A DNA stretch of 64,000 bases from Tubulanus polymorphus. Its lineage: Eukaryota > Animalia > Nemertea. Position numbers and translations under genes: made by a program. Below, one piece after another: positions 13,401 to 26,621 of this stretch; the stretch's first letter is position 1; each line of letters begins with the position of its first letter. Location: positions 20,742,150 to 20,806,149 of the forward strand of contig NC_134026.1 in assembly GCF_964204645.1 (NCBI RefSeq), in the 5' to 3' direction. The notes under the pieces are model-generated. The model saw only the letters and a list, made by a program, of their open reading frames with translations. It searched no databases and was not told where the DNA came from.

Positions 13401-16400
13401 AGGGTGAATAACTTAGCTAAGATTGTTACAAATAGACTTTAAGTTTTGGGGTTATGTATCTATCTTTCTGATTATTCATGCGAGTTTTCTTTTTTCCAGG
13501 CTGGGAAATCTAACCATCTCGTCGATCAACTTTACAATGTATACGGGCGATGTAAACACTTTGAGAATCATCTAGATTTACATGTAAAACACAGCGAAGC
13601 TGACCTTGACATCGATGACGAGATCTTCACCACTAATGTTGCAACAGATAAACAGCAAAAAAAGGTATGTAGTCACAAAAAGAACACTTAAGTAAGTTTG
13701 TTCTTACAATTCTGCTTGAAATGCTAAATTGTCATTTGAGGACCTGGCGCCAGTTGCTCAATGTTGATTAGAGTTAACCAGTGGATAGTTGATATAGTGT
13801 CAATTAAACCTTCATTGTTACTATGATATTTATCCGCCGGTTATCTTTAACCAAATTTTGAGAGACTGGCCCCTGTTCCAACCCAGGATCATATATCATA
13901 TCACATTGTAAAGATCTTATTAAAACAAGTTCAAATGAGAGAATGCTTGTTATGGCTCAGTCATTTCACGATAATGTATTGTACCATTTGCGATATGATA
14001 ATTAAGGTCATTTGTAATTAAAGTATTTTGAATTCAATTCAATTCAAATGCCATTTTGAAGCCAAAGGTCTTTGATGGAAACATTTTCTGCTTTCTTTAG
14101 AATGAAATCCTGAAGATGCCAGCCTATCCGAAACTGAAACCGTTGAAACAGAGTAAGAATCGGGTTGTAACCTGTATCGATACGCATGGTGTCGCCGGTA
14201 GTCCGTTCATGGCGCACACGTTACGTAATCGAGACGATTTCTCGTTGACTGATTTCACGGCTCAAACATTGGCTGAACAACTCACTCTTATGGAACAGGT
14301 GAGCGTACGATACTGCCTGTTTCTACAATTTGAGCTATAATGCATTACCTACAATGTATATGTATGAAGTATATGATTTCAACTGCCTTATAGTTCCATC
14401 CTCGCTTGCCAGGGGTTGATTGCCTCCCGCCAAAGCTCACAGCAACACCAACCCTTGCCTCAGACCCTTCATTGTTTTATTACACTGCCCGAGATTTCTT
14501 GGGTGGACAGGTTGCTACTCAGCGACCACCAGTCTCTAGCAATCAAATGCCTTGTTTTGATAGAGCGAACCTGCCAGTGAAAACAAATCATCTGATTGGT
14601 TTAATGCATAGACTGTTGGCTGCATTCTAACCCTAGCCAGCAAGGATGGATAGTTCATGATAGATCACTGGTTTCAATATCATTGAACTTTTCTATTTTG
14701 AGCAGGCACTGTTCCAACAAACACATCCAGTATTATTTTTGAATTCGAAAGCTCAGGGAATTGGAGTTTCCATGACAACCAGTGCCAACAAAACATCCGC
14801 CATGACGTAAGTACTGAAATTTTGGAAAATTATTCCATATTTTAAGAATTTTGTAGCTATCGATAGTCACGTGTGATGTTATTCACATACCGGTATGTAT
14901 TTATTTGAAGGTCATTGAACGTAGATTGGTAAGCCTATTAACAAGACAAGATTGTTCTATAGTGTTATGTATTTTTCTGTAACAATGTTCAAAATAATGC
15001 CAGTTTGTCCTAATGTTTTAAATACATGTCCGTCTTCAAACTACTGCTGATACTAGAACCTAATACTGTGTTTCTAGAAAATTGAGAGATTTCCATAATA
15101 ATTTCACCTGTTTTGTGGCGTTTGTTGATGTTGTAAGTAAATGTATGTCGTGAGGGCTCAAATTGTCATAACATTTCATCAGAATCAGTAAAAAAGTTGC
15201 TAAAAAGGGTGGGTTACTTATGATATGTAAATTTTCTGTATTTGCACATTTGACTCTGGGATGTAAGAATTATTCATGATTTTGAGAGTAGAATTGAACC
15301 CAGAATCAAGAAACTTTGAATAATGGAGTTTTGAATAAGATCTAAGACTAATTCATGTTTTACTTTTATTTATAGTCGCTTGAATGTTTGGAGCGGACCT
15401 CAAGAGAATAGTCTATTCATAGACAGTATTCAACAAGTCGACAATAAAATCATCAAAATGATTGAATTCAGTCAGTCGCTCACTCACTGGGTTTCTGGTG
15501 AAATTCTAAGCTGTAGCTCTGCAAAGGTCAGTGATTTTAATCTCAGCCTAGCTGAGCTGTCCTGACATTCCTTAATCTTCAACCTAGTCCTCAGTTGTTA
15601 AGTTTGGTTTAGAATCAAAATGAGCTTAGATTGGTCTTATCTCTTTTCCGTGGCTTCTGAATAGATTAGCAGTAGTTGTGTTTCTGATATAGAAACTGTC
15701 CAAAGAAATGTTTGATGGGTGTAAAGACAATTTACTGTATTGCAAAATGTATGTTTATCCCAATTTGATCTAATAGATGAGCTGGTATTAAGACTTGTCC
15801 AAACAATATTTAGTGGGCTTGCTTAGCGTACAATATAATCTAGATTTCTCATGACCCCTGTGAATTTCACCAATTCTAAACCAAATTAGGTTAAGATAGA
15901 ACTACTATACTGTACTAAAGTTCCATATGTACATTTTGTAGTTATTCAAATAAATTCAATTTACAAATTTCTTGTATTTGTATTGTAGGCTCAGTTGGCT
16001 GTGTTGAGTAAGCTGATTTATACCGCTAAGATCTGTTTAGATCTGAAGAATTACGCCACCGCAGTTTCTATAGTGGATGGATTGGAGAATCTTATTGTTC
16101 GACAGCTACCGGTGTGTTAAGTTATCCTTTTTACAGATGAAAGCGATGTTATATATGTATAACAAATCTTTTTGTTCTTTTAGATTTGGAGGCAGTTACC
16201 ATCAAAATGTGCAACAATAATGGAAGAACTTACTAGATTAAAGGTATTCGGACAGTTTCCTTTCTTGAATGTTTCTAACTCAAGCATTATGTACATTTTC
16301 CCCTCCCAATGTCAATATTTTGATGAAAACTACTTGTTATTTACTAGCTTGAGCCTACAAGTTTCATGGTCAGTTCAACTACTATAAAGAATATTGTCAA

Positions 16401-17066
16401 AATCGATTTGATTTTCTAGAACGTTTAGAAGTTCGCAATAGTCAGAAAAGTGTCATTCAACCCTTAAAAGTTTTATCTATCAATTGTTTAGAATTTGAAT
16501 GCATCTGAACGCTGCTCTTATGTGTTATTTCAGTTTTTCTTGAAAAAAGACAACTTGTGCTTGATTCCGAATGATGGCAAACGCAGTGTAACGACGATCC
16601 CATGCATATTACTGTTTCTGTTACACGTTCAACAACTAGAGATCGGAGGATTCACTCTCGCCAATGGCATGTACAGATGGCAAAAATTCAGGTAAATGAC
16701 TTATCTATGAGGGGTTGTGGAAATAAGGCCAACCAAATCCCCAAAAATGACCTATATTCGTCTTTTTATGAAAAAAAATCGAATTTGAGCTCCTTATGTC
16801 ATTGTCGAATTCGTTTATAATTTTTCAGGTCAATCTCGGAATTGATCGATCAGATTCGAGTATTTATGCGTGTGAGTTATAAATTCGCGTCGAGCGCCGA
16901 GTTGCAGCTCGCGGTTCGTAAGCGCATGCGGGATTTCCGCGACCGCGACCTTCAGGAAATCGCCGCGCAACACGACACTAACATGCAGAAAATATCGAGC
17001 AGCAAGTGGTCGCAGTCGTTCCAAAAACTGAAGTCGAAATTACAGGGCACGAAAGGAGACAATTAA
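1444..17066 (+). CDS. KNDC1: Kinase non-catalytic C-lobe domain-containing protein 1 (very-KIND): two KIND domains, long low-complexity region, REM and RasGEF domains; 5' end lies upstream of the window
   Basis: Phase-compatible GT-AG exons: 1444-1696, 2328-3257, 3867-4012, 4396-4554, 4916-5017, 6215-6322, 6436-8722, 9341-9488, 10114-10513, 11123-11536, 11700-11832, 12078-12175, 12264-12469, 12817-12930, 13259-13403, 13500-13664, 14101-14298, 14706-14806, (14911-14928), 15376-15526, 15989-16111, 16184-16243, 16534-16691, 16829-17066 (TAA). KIND motifs AHLYSLGMT, LHEDELWSLC, YIAPEL and VFSLAATLWTAAD are present. The block FAFDGYMENGVEDLAMGEYVLSLNNLKWGTFCNAITEKYCDLYW matches vertebrate KNDC1 as I recall it. 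REM motif FFYSYRYFTT; RasGEF motifs LAEQLTLMEQ and LKNYATAVSIVDGLENLIVRQL. Confidence 0.9.
10680..10835 (-). mobile_element. Degenerate CORE-type SINE fragment
   Basis: CCAGGTAACCATTTACTTCTGAATGGAGAGATGCAAGGAGAGATACAAGTGTCTTGC resembles the reverse complement of the invertebrate SINE CORE domain (GCAAGACACTT...CTCTCCA...AAATGGGTACC), recognised from memory. Confidence 0.45.
10953..11094. mobile_element. hAT-like MITE with 5-bp TSD in a KNDC1 intron
   Basis: ATTAT|CAGGGTCTGATCTAA...TTAGATCGGACCCTG|ATTAT; related termini at 48660-48916. Confidence 0.75.
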
Positions 17067-17553
17067 TTTTCGATGATCGGATATTTCGTCGAAACATTTT
17101 TCTGATCATTTATATCGTGCATATATACATTTTACAATCCAACTTTGATATTGCCCTCAAGTCCGACACCTGTTCATGCTACAAAAAGATCTGACTTGAG
17201 CCGAGGCTAGTGTATTTCTTTATAAAGCGTCCGCGTCCGTCCAATATATCGATATTGTGTTTAGTATTAATTTTGTAGAATTGTTCGTTATTTATAGGTG
17301 ATTTATTGATAATTCATGCTACTTAAAAACCAATATTTGTTAATGAAATCTGTGATATATTTATGTACATACCAGTATATTATTTATCGTAGTTTTTCCT
17401 CGAATTTTTGTATACCTGATAATATGATATTGTTGTTACGAAACTAAACATATTTGTCTTTCATAAAACTTCCATTATTACGTGTAATTTTGTATGTTGT
17501 AATTCCGAAATCCATCCAGGGAACGAATGAATTTGAGTAGAATAGAGATTTTA

Positions 17554-17725
17554 GGGGTCATTCATTTATTACGTACGCACTAGGGGAGGGAGAAGGGAGG
17601 GGTAAGTGCAATTACGTAATTAATGCTTAATATATATGAAAAAATTGCTGATTTTGTGTACAGGGAGAGGGGGGTTGAAATTCTTAATATCAAATTTTAT
17701 GCATATGTAATAAATGAATGATCCC
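17554..17725. mobile_element. PIF/Harbinger-like MITE
   Basis: TIR GGGGTCATTCATTTATTAC / GTAATAAATGAATGATCCC; same family as 54331-54494, in inverted orientation. Confidence 0.75.
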
Positions 17726-19379
17726 AAAGCGTTTAGGATTAGGGAAATTTCAGGTATGCCAAAAAAAATCTTATTCACTATTTGATGTTAGAATTGTGGG
17801 TTTTTGGCTACTACAGCAGAACCTTGTACCCTCAGTTTGCCACAAAATTTTGATACCCGGTATTAACAAAAATTGATTTCGTTGTCATGTTAACAGGAGT
17901 GGCAGATAACTGAGTTGACCGCAACAGACATCGGCTGACTTTTTGTTTTGAAAAATTGGGCCTTTAATCGTTTGTCGTAACAAGGTTCCACTGATTTCCA
18001 TCATTCCAATTGAATTTAAAATGTTTGTGGTGAGGTGTACTGAACACATTGTCAAGTCTGGACAATCAAAAATTAGAAGGTCCAATCAAGGTTCTTGAGC
18101 GGCGGGTGATACCAGCGTGGAAGCAAATATGGTTCCATATATCTTTTCAAGTACATATAAATCAATGTTTAATTTATTGAAAAGAAGATTGTGCAACATC
18201 CATGTTTATTTATATATCTATGGAAACGTGTTATAAGACACTGCAATGTTTTGTTAATAAGATAGTTCCAATATTCAATGGCCGCGTTTGTTTGGCTGAC
18301 CGATTCAACTGATGCTTAGTTCATTCTGTCATCTTCATTTGTCAGAATTGATTCTGTCAAAATCAGTGTGGCCGTGCCCAGTATTACTCATACGGAATTT
18401 GTCACACCGACAGTTTTTCATATTTCACTGATTGATATTTAATTGATTGAGAGAACCGACCCCCTGAGCCAGTTCCCTCAGTCATAACTGAGTAAACCGG
18501 AGTCTCCACACGAAACTGCAGAGCGAGTTGAACAAGTCGACTCTGTCTCCCAAACGAACACGGCTAATGCGTGACATCTGCCAATCAAAAAACTCTTCCA
18601 GCTAATTGTTATTTTTTATATTTTACCCAATCAAGGATTATGTATACACTGTATCGTTTTGTAACTGTGAAATTCAAATTAAAAAGGGAAAATATTTTAG
18701 ATTTAGTTGTATCTTGTTGTCTAATGGAATTCTCGCTTGGTATAGCTTATACATCTAAACGATCCTTCTGCGGCAGTAGGAAACAGTGGTAGAACCTCAT
18801 TAAAAAAACGAACTTCAGAGGACCAACGATCAACCGATTGTTCTATAAATCCAGTATTTGTTAAGAATGTTCTTATTCCAGACAAAATCTTAGTTCTGTC
18901 AGATCTGATAAGTCGTCATTAACCGACATCACAAGTCAAATAAAGGTCGTCAACTTAAAGTTTTTTTTTACTTTGCCCACTTGCAGTTGACATCTAATAT
19001 GACCTTTACAACAATGTGAAATCTGAGCTAATTTTCATCTTGATCTGAAAGGTAGTACCGAAATTAATACCAGTAATTGAAAATTTGCCGTTTTGTTTTG
19101 AAATTATAATCATCGATACGCTATCTATGCATCAGCTTTTTTCATTGGTTTGGAAATAAGCCCTTCCTGTTTTATAAGCCTTTATATGATAAAACATAAA
19201 CCGGAAAAAAGTTTTAACAATACATTACTTGATTTATTCATTCAAATGGTGCATAGACGAAGATTCAATCAGTAACTGATAAATGTATCGAAGGATATTA
19301 CAATTAATTTATATGGAAAAGTATTACACATGTTCTGGGTTAAAATCACTGCTTTTAGATAAATTATCATTAAGGATTA

Positions 19380-22200
19380 TTATGTACATTTAATTTCCTT
19401 GCAGCCGCAATCCCCAGGTTTTGTTATCAATTGGCAGTTGCTAGGTATCTCACCAGGTACAATTCTCCATTGCGGGCATCTAAAAACATTATATAGTTTT
19501 TTGAATGGAAGTTTTAACTGGTCTATGAAAAGGGCCTGCAGTTCCGACGATGAGCTCATACCTTTCTTTACAGCTTATTCCATTGCGCAATGCGTCGTTA
19601 CATTTACAAGTCAACTTGCATCCATCATGCCAGGTGGCTCCTTGCATGAATTCTCGCATTCCCGCTGATCTATATTTGTTTGCGTATTTGCAGCGCGCTA
19701 TTTAATTGAAATGAGAACATTAGAAAAATATTTGACAACATAATTAGCTACGATTTGGAAGTCCGAGTTGTAATGAAAAGTGGTACAGTAGACTCCGCTG
19801 TTGTCGTTTGTTGATGTTAGTTGAAATATTTTTTTGACACTATTTACGAAATACGTACGTAATATCCAACTCAGATATCACTCAAGTCGGACACAGTTTT
19901 AGGGCTCCAAAAGGTCCGACTTGAGTGGAGTCTACTGTATTTATCTTGTACTGATACTAGGTATCTACCAAGTTTTGTGGTTTAATGTACCCAGATGATT
20001 CGACTCGCCATACCTTTATATTCTACTGGGTTATCTTTGCTGTATCTCAAAACTGAAAGAAAAACAAGTTCAACTTATCAAGTTATCAATTACTACGGTG
20101 TAATATACGCGGACGAATCCTAACCGCGCTCAACCGAACTGATAAACAAAAATATCTTAATTCTTATAGTATTTGTACAAGTGTCATATTATGACACAAA
20201 CAAATACTAGAATTACCTTCACAAGTTTTCTTTGCTAATTCGCCGAGGATGGTGTCGAGAGAACTGTAATCAGACACATGAAATACAAATTCTAAACTCG
20301 ACGCGATCGTTTCCAATTCTTCCTGGTTCACTTCCGAACCAACGCCGACCGTGAAGAAGATCACGCCTCGTTCTTTCGCGGCTTCGGTTTCTTGGTAGGT
20401 ATCGTGCGGACGGTTAGACTGTCCATCGGTGATCAGGATCAAAATCTCCGCCGCGCTCGGGCGAAAACCAGCCAGTTTATTGAACAACGACTCCCTGGCT
20501 AGTTTGATCGCCGCTCCCGTGGCAGTCGTACCCCCGTGGCCGTACGTGAGTTTATCGACTGCTTCTAGTAACGGTTTCTTTTTGAGATGGTCGGTCAGGC
20601 TGAATTCCATCTCCGGCGACCGACTGAAGCGAATCGCTCCGACGTGTATGTGTTCTTCGCTGACGTCGAAATTCGACGCGAAATGATGTACGAACGATTT
20701 GATTTTCTCGAAGTTCCGTCGGCCCACGCTGCTGGACGCATCGAGGGCGAACATGATATCGGCCTCGTCTCCGCATTCTGGAAATTGATGGAAAAAGATC
20801 AATCAGATAAATTCGGTCCATTTCGGAAAATTTGATTTTAAGCATTTCGGCATATCAGTTAAATTGCTTGGTTCAATCATGGAGAGTTCATGCTTCAATC
20901 GAAAACACATATTGAATTCTCGTTATAATAAATTTCAGATGAATCCCTTAAATTCATTAGCTGCAGTTTAATCTAGCATATGTAATCCTTGTTTTATGTT
21001 TCTAATACAACTGTGAGTTTGGATGCATCCAATTTTGAGTGTCCTTTTTCATTTTTTCAACAAAGATAATTGGTGCATTGCATTTTTTGACTGACTCAAA
21101 CTGCCCTTTTGGGTCTTGACAAGTAAAAAGTATACCCTGAAGCCAATTCATTTTTAAATATATTCAAAGTAATTTAATATCCTTGTAATACGTAGTTCAA
21201 TTGTCTTGAGTCTGATCGAAGTTGCATTAACTTTTATTTGTGTATTAGGGTCCCAACTTCGTGAATCACACGTTGGCAACATACTGTATCTGAATCAACT
21301 TCTTCGGATAAGTTGGTTTGACTTAGTAAGTGTGGGGATATCTAAAAAAAATCTACATATCAATTTATGTATACCGGCACATACTTAATATATATGATAA
21401 ATGGTACATGAAATGCACTACAGACTGTGTATACAAGAAGACTTGAAATAGATCATGTCAAGCTAAAGTATGAAAGTTACAACAGAGATAGAGTCACTTA
21501 CACATTGGTTATACTTTAAGGAAAGATCAGAAAATATAGCACTATCTAAGAAGTTTCTACATGTATTTGAAAGCAGAAATACGATTTTCAGAGCAAAGCA
21601 AGCTGAATATACAAGACACGTATATAGTTAGGAACACTTGCTGCTTTCAACGCTTTCAACGGAATAACCAGCTCCTAAAAGTAAACTTATATTAGAACAA
21701 GATGCACTTCGTTCGAATCATAAAATTGTCATTATCTAGGGATACTCAGTCATGTACAATTAAGTTTTCTAAATCCAGAAAAAAATATATTGAAGAGAAC
21801 TACTGTGAAAGAAACAAAGGGTCTTAAAGCTGCCATCCTTTTTAAAATGTAAGTTCGTAACCACAAATTGGTATCTCTGAGCTTACTTTCCGAAAAAAAT
21901 TAAATTATTCGATTACCGCTAGATTGAAATCATACAAGCCATTGATAGATACTGGTATGGAAAAGATTGTCACGAGCAACTATCAGCAATGATAATTCGA
22001 CTATGACAATCTGTTTTAACTTAAACCTACACACTAAATCAAAATGAACAAACAATCTTTGAAAAATGATATACCCGCATGAAAAAATACTTACTTTTAG
22101 TGATTTTTTCCATTTCCAATAACGCCCTTTTATCAAGAGGCCCCGCGTGTAAAACAGCGGCTCCGAGAAGCGCTGCAATTATCGCAAATCTGAATATCAT
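19380..22200 (-). CDS. Secreted von Willebrand factor A domain protein with C-terminal vWC-like Cys-rich module (paralog A; matrilin/collagen VI-like vWA)
   Basis: Exons (minus): 22200-22095 (signal peptide MIFRFAIIAALLGAAVLHA), 20777-20217 (vWA with MIDAS DASSS...TATG...ITDGQS), 20052-20014, 19697-19562 (WHDGCKLTCKC), 19479-19380 (CPQW...DCGCKEIKCT*). Splice phases are all compatible. Confidence 0.88.
19785..19939. mobile_element. Tc1/mariner-type MITE (similar elements at ~27928-28105 and 49329-49483)
   Basis: TA-CAGTAGACTCCGCT...AGTGGAGTCTACTG-TA. Confidence 0.7.
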
Positions 22201-23316
22201 TTTTGCAATTTGCGCTCCTTTGATTTCTTTCACGTAGGAATGTATTTTTGAACGTCCAGTCTTATATTATACGTGAACCACTATGATCGTAAGATAACTC
22301 AAAGTAACTATAATGATAGTAGAAAAATCTACCTACTTTTTCACCACCCAAAGATAAGTTACCGACAGATAAAATACAGCTCAGTATTTGCATTTGCTTA
22401 ATTTTATTGACATTAAATGCTCAGATTGAGATAAGTATATTTGAAATTACCCTCTTGTGTGTACTGGGCAGGGGCAGGGCTTTGTTTAATCAATAAACAG
22501 AGTCTAATAAAACTTTGTACATACCAGTCTGTCAGATTGGTGGACTGATCCCAAACTGTCAAAAAAGGATTCCTGAAACTAAACGCCGATTTCGTATTCT
22601 AGACAACTCAAGGGCAGTGATCTAAAATAAAAATGTGACGGTCCATCCAATCAATGAACAACATAGCTGCCCATATAACTGTTTTTTAAGGATTGATTTT
22701 TCAATAGGCTTAGATTTATTGAGTGAACATGATTACATACACATGTATCGATTATTTGGAAGTTGATCATCTTTTGATATCATTTTATGTTCTTTAAACT
22801 ATAATCAACGCTAGCAAAATAAAGCCTATAAAATAGTACGGTGGTACTAACAGTACTAACAGTATAGGCCTGTGTATGACTGGCACATGTTAATCTATAG
22901 GTATTGACGACTTAAATCGACATAAAGATAAAGATAACATTTTTACGGATGAATTATATGTTTATATATGGGTAACAGTCTCATATTTTGTAATTCTGCA
23001 CATATTGCATATATCACAGAAGCACATATTTATATTCAATAAGACTATGTCAAAAATATCTTAGTGAACCCTACACAGATGGAACAAGTTAACCCTGTGC
23101 CCCTGGATTAAATTCATATCAATCTAAAAATCTGCCCCTGTATCCTGGAAAGAAAGTGAACCAACATAATGATGGGTATTGACTGCATAAAGTATTAAAG
23201 TATTTCTTATGTACTGCACAACTGTCACTTGGTCTTATTTTAAATTTGCAAAGTGTACGTATAGAGTTTTGTTGAATATTCTCTCGTCCCATTCCAGACA
23301 CATATAAATAATGCTT

Positions 23317-25839
23317 TTAGGAACATCTCAATTCCTTGCAGGCGCAACGTCCAGGAATTGTGATCATTTTACAGTTGCTGGGCAAATCGGCCGCCTTAAC
23401 ATTCCACTTTTTACATCTAAAAGAAAAAACAGCCACACATACATTTTACAATAATATCGTTAATGAAATCAAACCTGCAAATATATTGTATCAATGTAAA
23501 AATGTATTTGAAAATTGATCAATTTTCACCTTTCCTGGCAGCTAATCCCATTACGCAATGCATCAATACATTTACAAGTCCACTTGCATCCGTCATGCCA
23601 AGAGGTGCCTTGCATCAATTCGTACACATACGAAGGTCGACTTTTACTCACATATTTACAACGCGCTAAAAAGTCCCAAACATACTACAATCAGTTTTAT
23701 TCACTATTGTCAAGTGGTTATTTTCCAAACTCAAATCTTGCCGCATTTCGTATCGAATAGAGCCAACGAAAGGCATGAATCACTTGTATATCATTTCAGG
23801 AGGGACTCTTCTTAACTCTTATCATTTCAAGTCGAACACAAATCCTAGAACCATTGCAATAGAATAGCAATTAGATTTTGATTGTCTAACTCACCATATG
23901 GTTCCAATAGATTACATGGTGGAGGAGTCTACTGTAGAATACATTCAGTAAATCATTTTATTTCCAAATCTAGTTTTTTTCCCATAACCCAACAAGGGTT
24001 CCCATTCAAGCGTGTGTATAGAAAATATTTTATCCAAAATATCTGACGATAGATTGATAGATTACCTTTATATTCAACTGGATTGTCTTTACTGTATTTC
24101 AAAACTGCAAAAGTAAATTGGTTATTTACACGTGCAAAAGATTAAAATGACTTATCTACAATAATTAGCGATCTAATGGTACTAGATGTCCCCAAACAAC
24201 CAGTACAACGACAGCTTCTCCAAACTCAGAGAAGTAGAAACTACTGTAAACTCAAAAAGGCAAATCATCAGTAGACAAAATATTCAAGCGGACATTAGTC
24301 GACCAGTAGACAATATTCCAAGCAGCAGGGTAAGCATTGGGCCGTATTAAGACCTCCAAAACTTTGTTAAAAGACGCAAACTAAAGTGGATTGTTCGCGT
24401 TACAAGCTCATCTGGATTGGCCAAGACTATCCTACAGGGACCAGTACGAGGTGGGAGACGGAGAGTAAAACAAAGAAAAAGATGGGAAGCTAATATCATG
24501 TAATGGACTGGCGAATTGGAACACCTTGATACGCATGACTGAAGACAGAGTGGAATGGAGGAAGTTAGTTTCAAGATTCCCTGTGGTGCCCCACTGGTCA
24601 ACAAGCCTCTGGGAAGGTGAACGTGGTGGTGAAGAATCTATACTATAAACTTTGAGTAAAGCGGAAACTCCAAGAAAATAAGAAAAAAACTTACTTTCAC
24701 AAGTCTTACGGGCTACTTTGCTGAGGATAGCGTCAAGAGAACTGTAATCAGAGACGTGAAATACAAATTCTAAACTCATTGCAATTTTTTCTAATTCTTC
24801 CTGATTCACTTGTGAACCGACTCCGACTGTGAAGAAAATCATGCCACTCTTTTTCGCAGCCTCTGCTTCTTCGTAAGTGAGGTGAGGACGGTTCGATTGT
24901 CCATCTGTTATAAGTATCAAAATACTCGGCGAACCAGGACGATAACCAATGGCAGATTTCCTAGCTAGTCTGATCGCTTTGTCTGTGGCTGTCGTACCCC
25001 CTCTTCCATATTCGAGGCCATCGACTGCCGCTAAAAGAGATTTCTTATCGAGGTGATCGGTCAGGCCGAATTCGATTTTCGGCATTCTACTGAAACGAAT
25101 TGCTCCGACGTGTACGTGATCTTTACCAATCTCCAAACTGGAAGCGTAATAGCGTAAGAATGATTTCACCTTCCAGAAATTACGGCTGCCCACACTACTG
25201 GAAGCATCAAGAATGAACATAATATCGGCTTTATCCCCGCAATCTGAAACTGAACAATTTGCGTTTCAAATGAATTGTATGGGCCTGCTTTTTGCTATGA
25301 ATATAATAGAATAACTAGGGGTCCAGGGATTATTGATTCTAGCAACTTCAAAATTCCCCTTGAAAATGTTTTAAAAATTGTTCAATTGATTTTGAAATTA
25401 ACTTCACGTCAACTCGGTGATATATACAGGAGCTATTCATCCGTGAACTAGTCCCTCTCTCAATTAGCTTACACGATTAGATCCAGTTATAGCTCCAGTT
25501 AGAAACTAGAAGTAAAACTAAAAACTTTCCACCTGGGTTCCGATTTTCAAAAGTGTCATTTGACACTACCAGGAAAAAACAATTTCTTACAATCTACCAG
25601 ACATGCAGTTTAATAGATGGTTCGGTTAAGTTAGATTCATAATTTCTGAGAAACACTAGAATCTCTCCCATCAATTTCAGCTGAAAAACATGACTCTATA
25701 CCCACCTGGCTAACCGCTGAAAACATTGAATCAAATACTCACTTTTTAACGACATTTCTTTTTTATCAAGAGGAGCCCCTCCTAAATAAGCAACCTCAAA
25801 GATTACTGCGAATACATAAATTAAAAGTCTTGGTAACAT
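23317..25839 (-). CDS. Secreted vWA + vWC-like protein (paralog B)
   Basis: Exons (minus): 25839-25743 (MLPRLLIYVFAVIFEVAYLGGAPLDKK), 25243-24695 (vWA, DASSS/ITDGQS), 24104-24066 (39 nt, LKYSKDNPVEYK), 23665-23530, 23416-23317 (RCACKELRCS*). Exon/intron structure is the same as paralog A. Confidence 0.88.
24320..24640 (+). mobile_element. Degenerate RTE-clade LINE 3' fragment in intron 2 of vWA paralog B
   Basis: Translates as IGPY*DLQNFVKRRKLKWIVRVTSSSGLAKTILQGPVRGGRRRVKQRKRWEANIM*WTG, the characteristic C-terminus of the RTE ORF, with stops. Confidence 0.75.
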
Positions 25840-26284
25840 CTTAACTCCAATAACTTCAACCTCTGCTCAGTGATTTACGCAGAACGTTCGATTTCGATGT
25901 TTCAAACTTTAAATCTACATGTATATGAAAAACACTATTTCAAAGATTTTAAAAACCTCGCCAATCATAACATAGACATTTTATCAATTTTCATATTTTT
26001 GTGCGCAGTCAAACAGATAAGGTAAATGATCAACTTTATCTTAATGTTTTCATATATTTTTTAAGGTATATACGAATACGATGTATGATATTTTTCAAAA
26101 GCCTTTTCGAGAGCATTTTTAGTTATGTAAACATAATGTTTTGATAAGTGCATAAACCTATGATAGTACGTATGTTTTCTGAAATTTTCAGATTTTATCT
26201 AGGACCAACCACAATAGATTTTTTTGACATTTTTTGAAGCAAATCTAATCAATTTTGGAAAAACAGCTGTTTTATCCATAGAAT

Positions 26285-26476
26285 TAGGCCAAAAAATCAT
26301 ACCTCGTTTCTCCTCATGGGCCGGGCACTTTTGTAAACTGCAATAAAATTTGTAATCAGTTAATTTCCATAGCGGCCAGGTCTGTTATGGTTAGCCTGAT
26401 CATGATTCTAAAAGGCAAGCAAGGTCAACTTTTAAGCTCAGCATGAATGAGAAACAAGGTATCCATTTTTTGCCTA
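26285..26476. mobile_element. MITE between WDR6 and vWA paralog B
   Basis: TAGGCCAAAAAATCATACCTCGTTTCTC... / ...GAGAAACAAGGTATCCATTTTTTGCCTA inverted termini. Confidence 0.65.
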
Positions 26477-26621
26477 AGTCAAAACTGCTTCCTTTTTTCA
26501 CCGAACACTTGAGACATGAATTCGATAAGCCGATCCTATTGAAATAACAAACCAGACATCAAAACTATTTTTTCTAAAAAATCGTTTTATTTGCGAAGTT
26601 AATCCATCATATCGTATTATG

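Noticed and set aside
21290-21341. Extra minus-strand exon in intron 1 of vWA paralog A
   Set aside because: An acceptor-like site is present, but the frame hits TGA after about 15 codons and paralog B has no equivalent.
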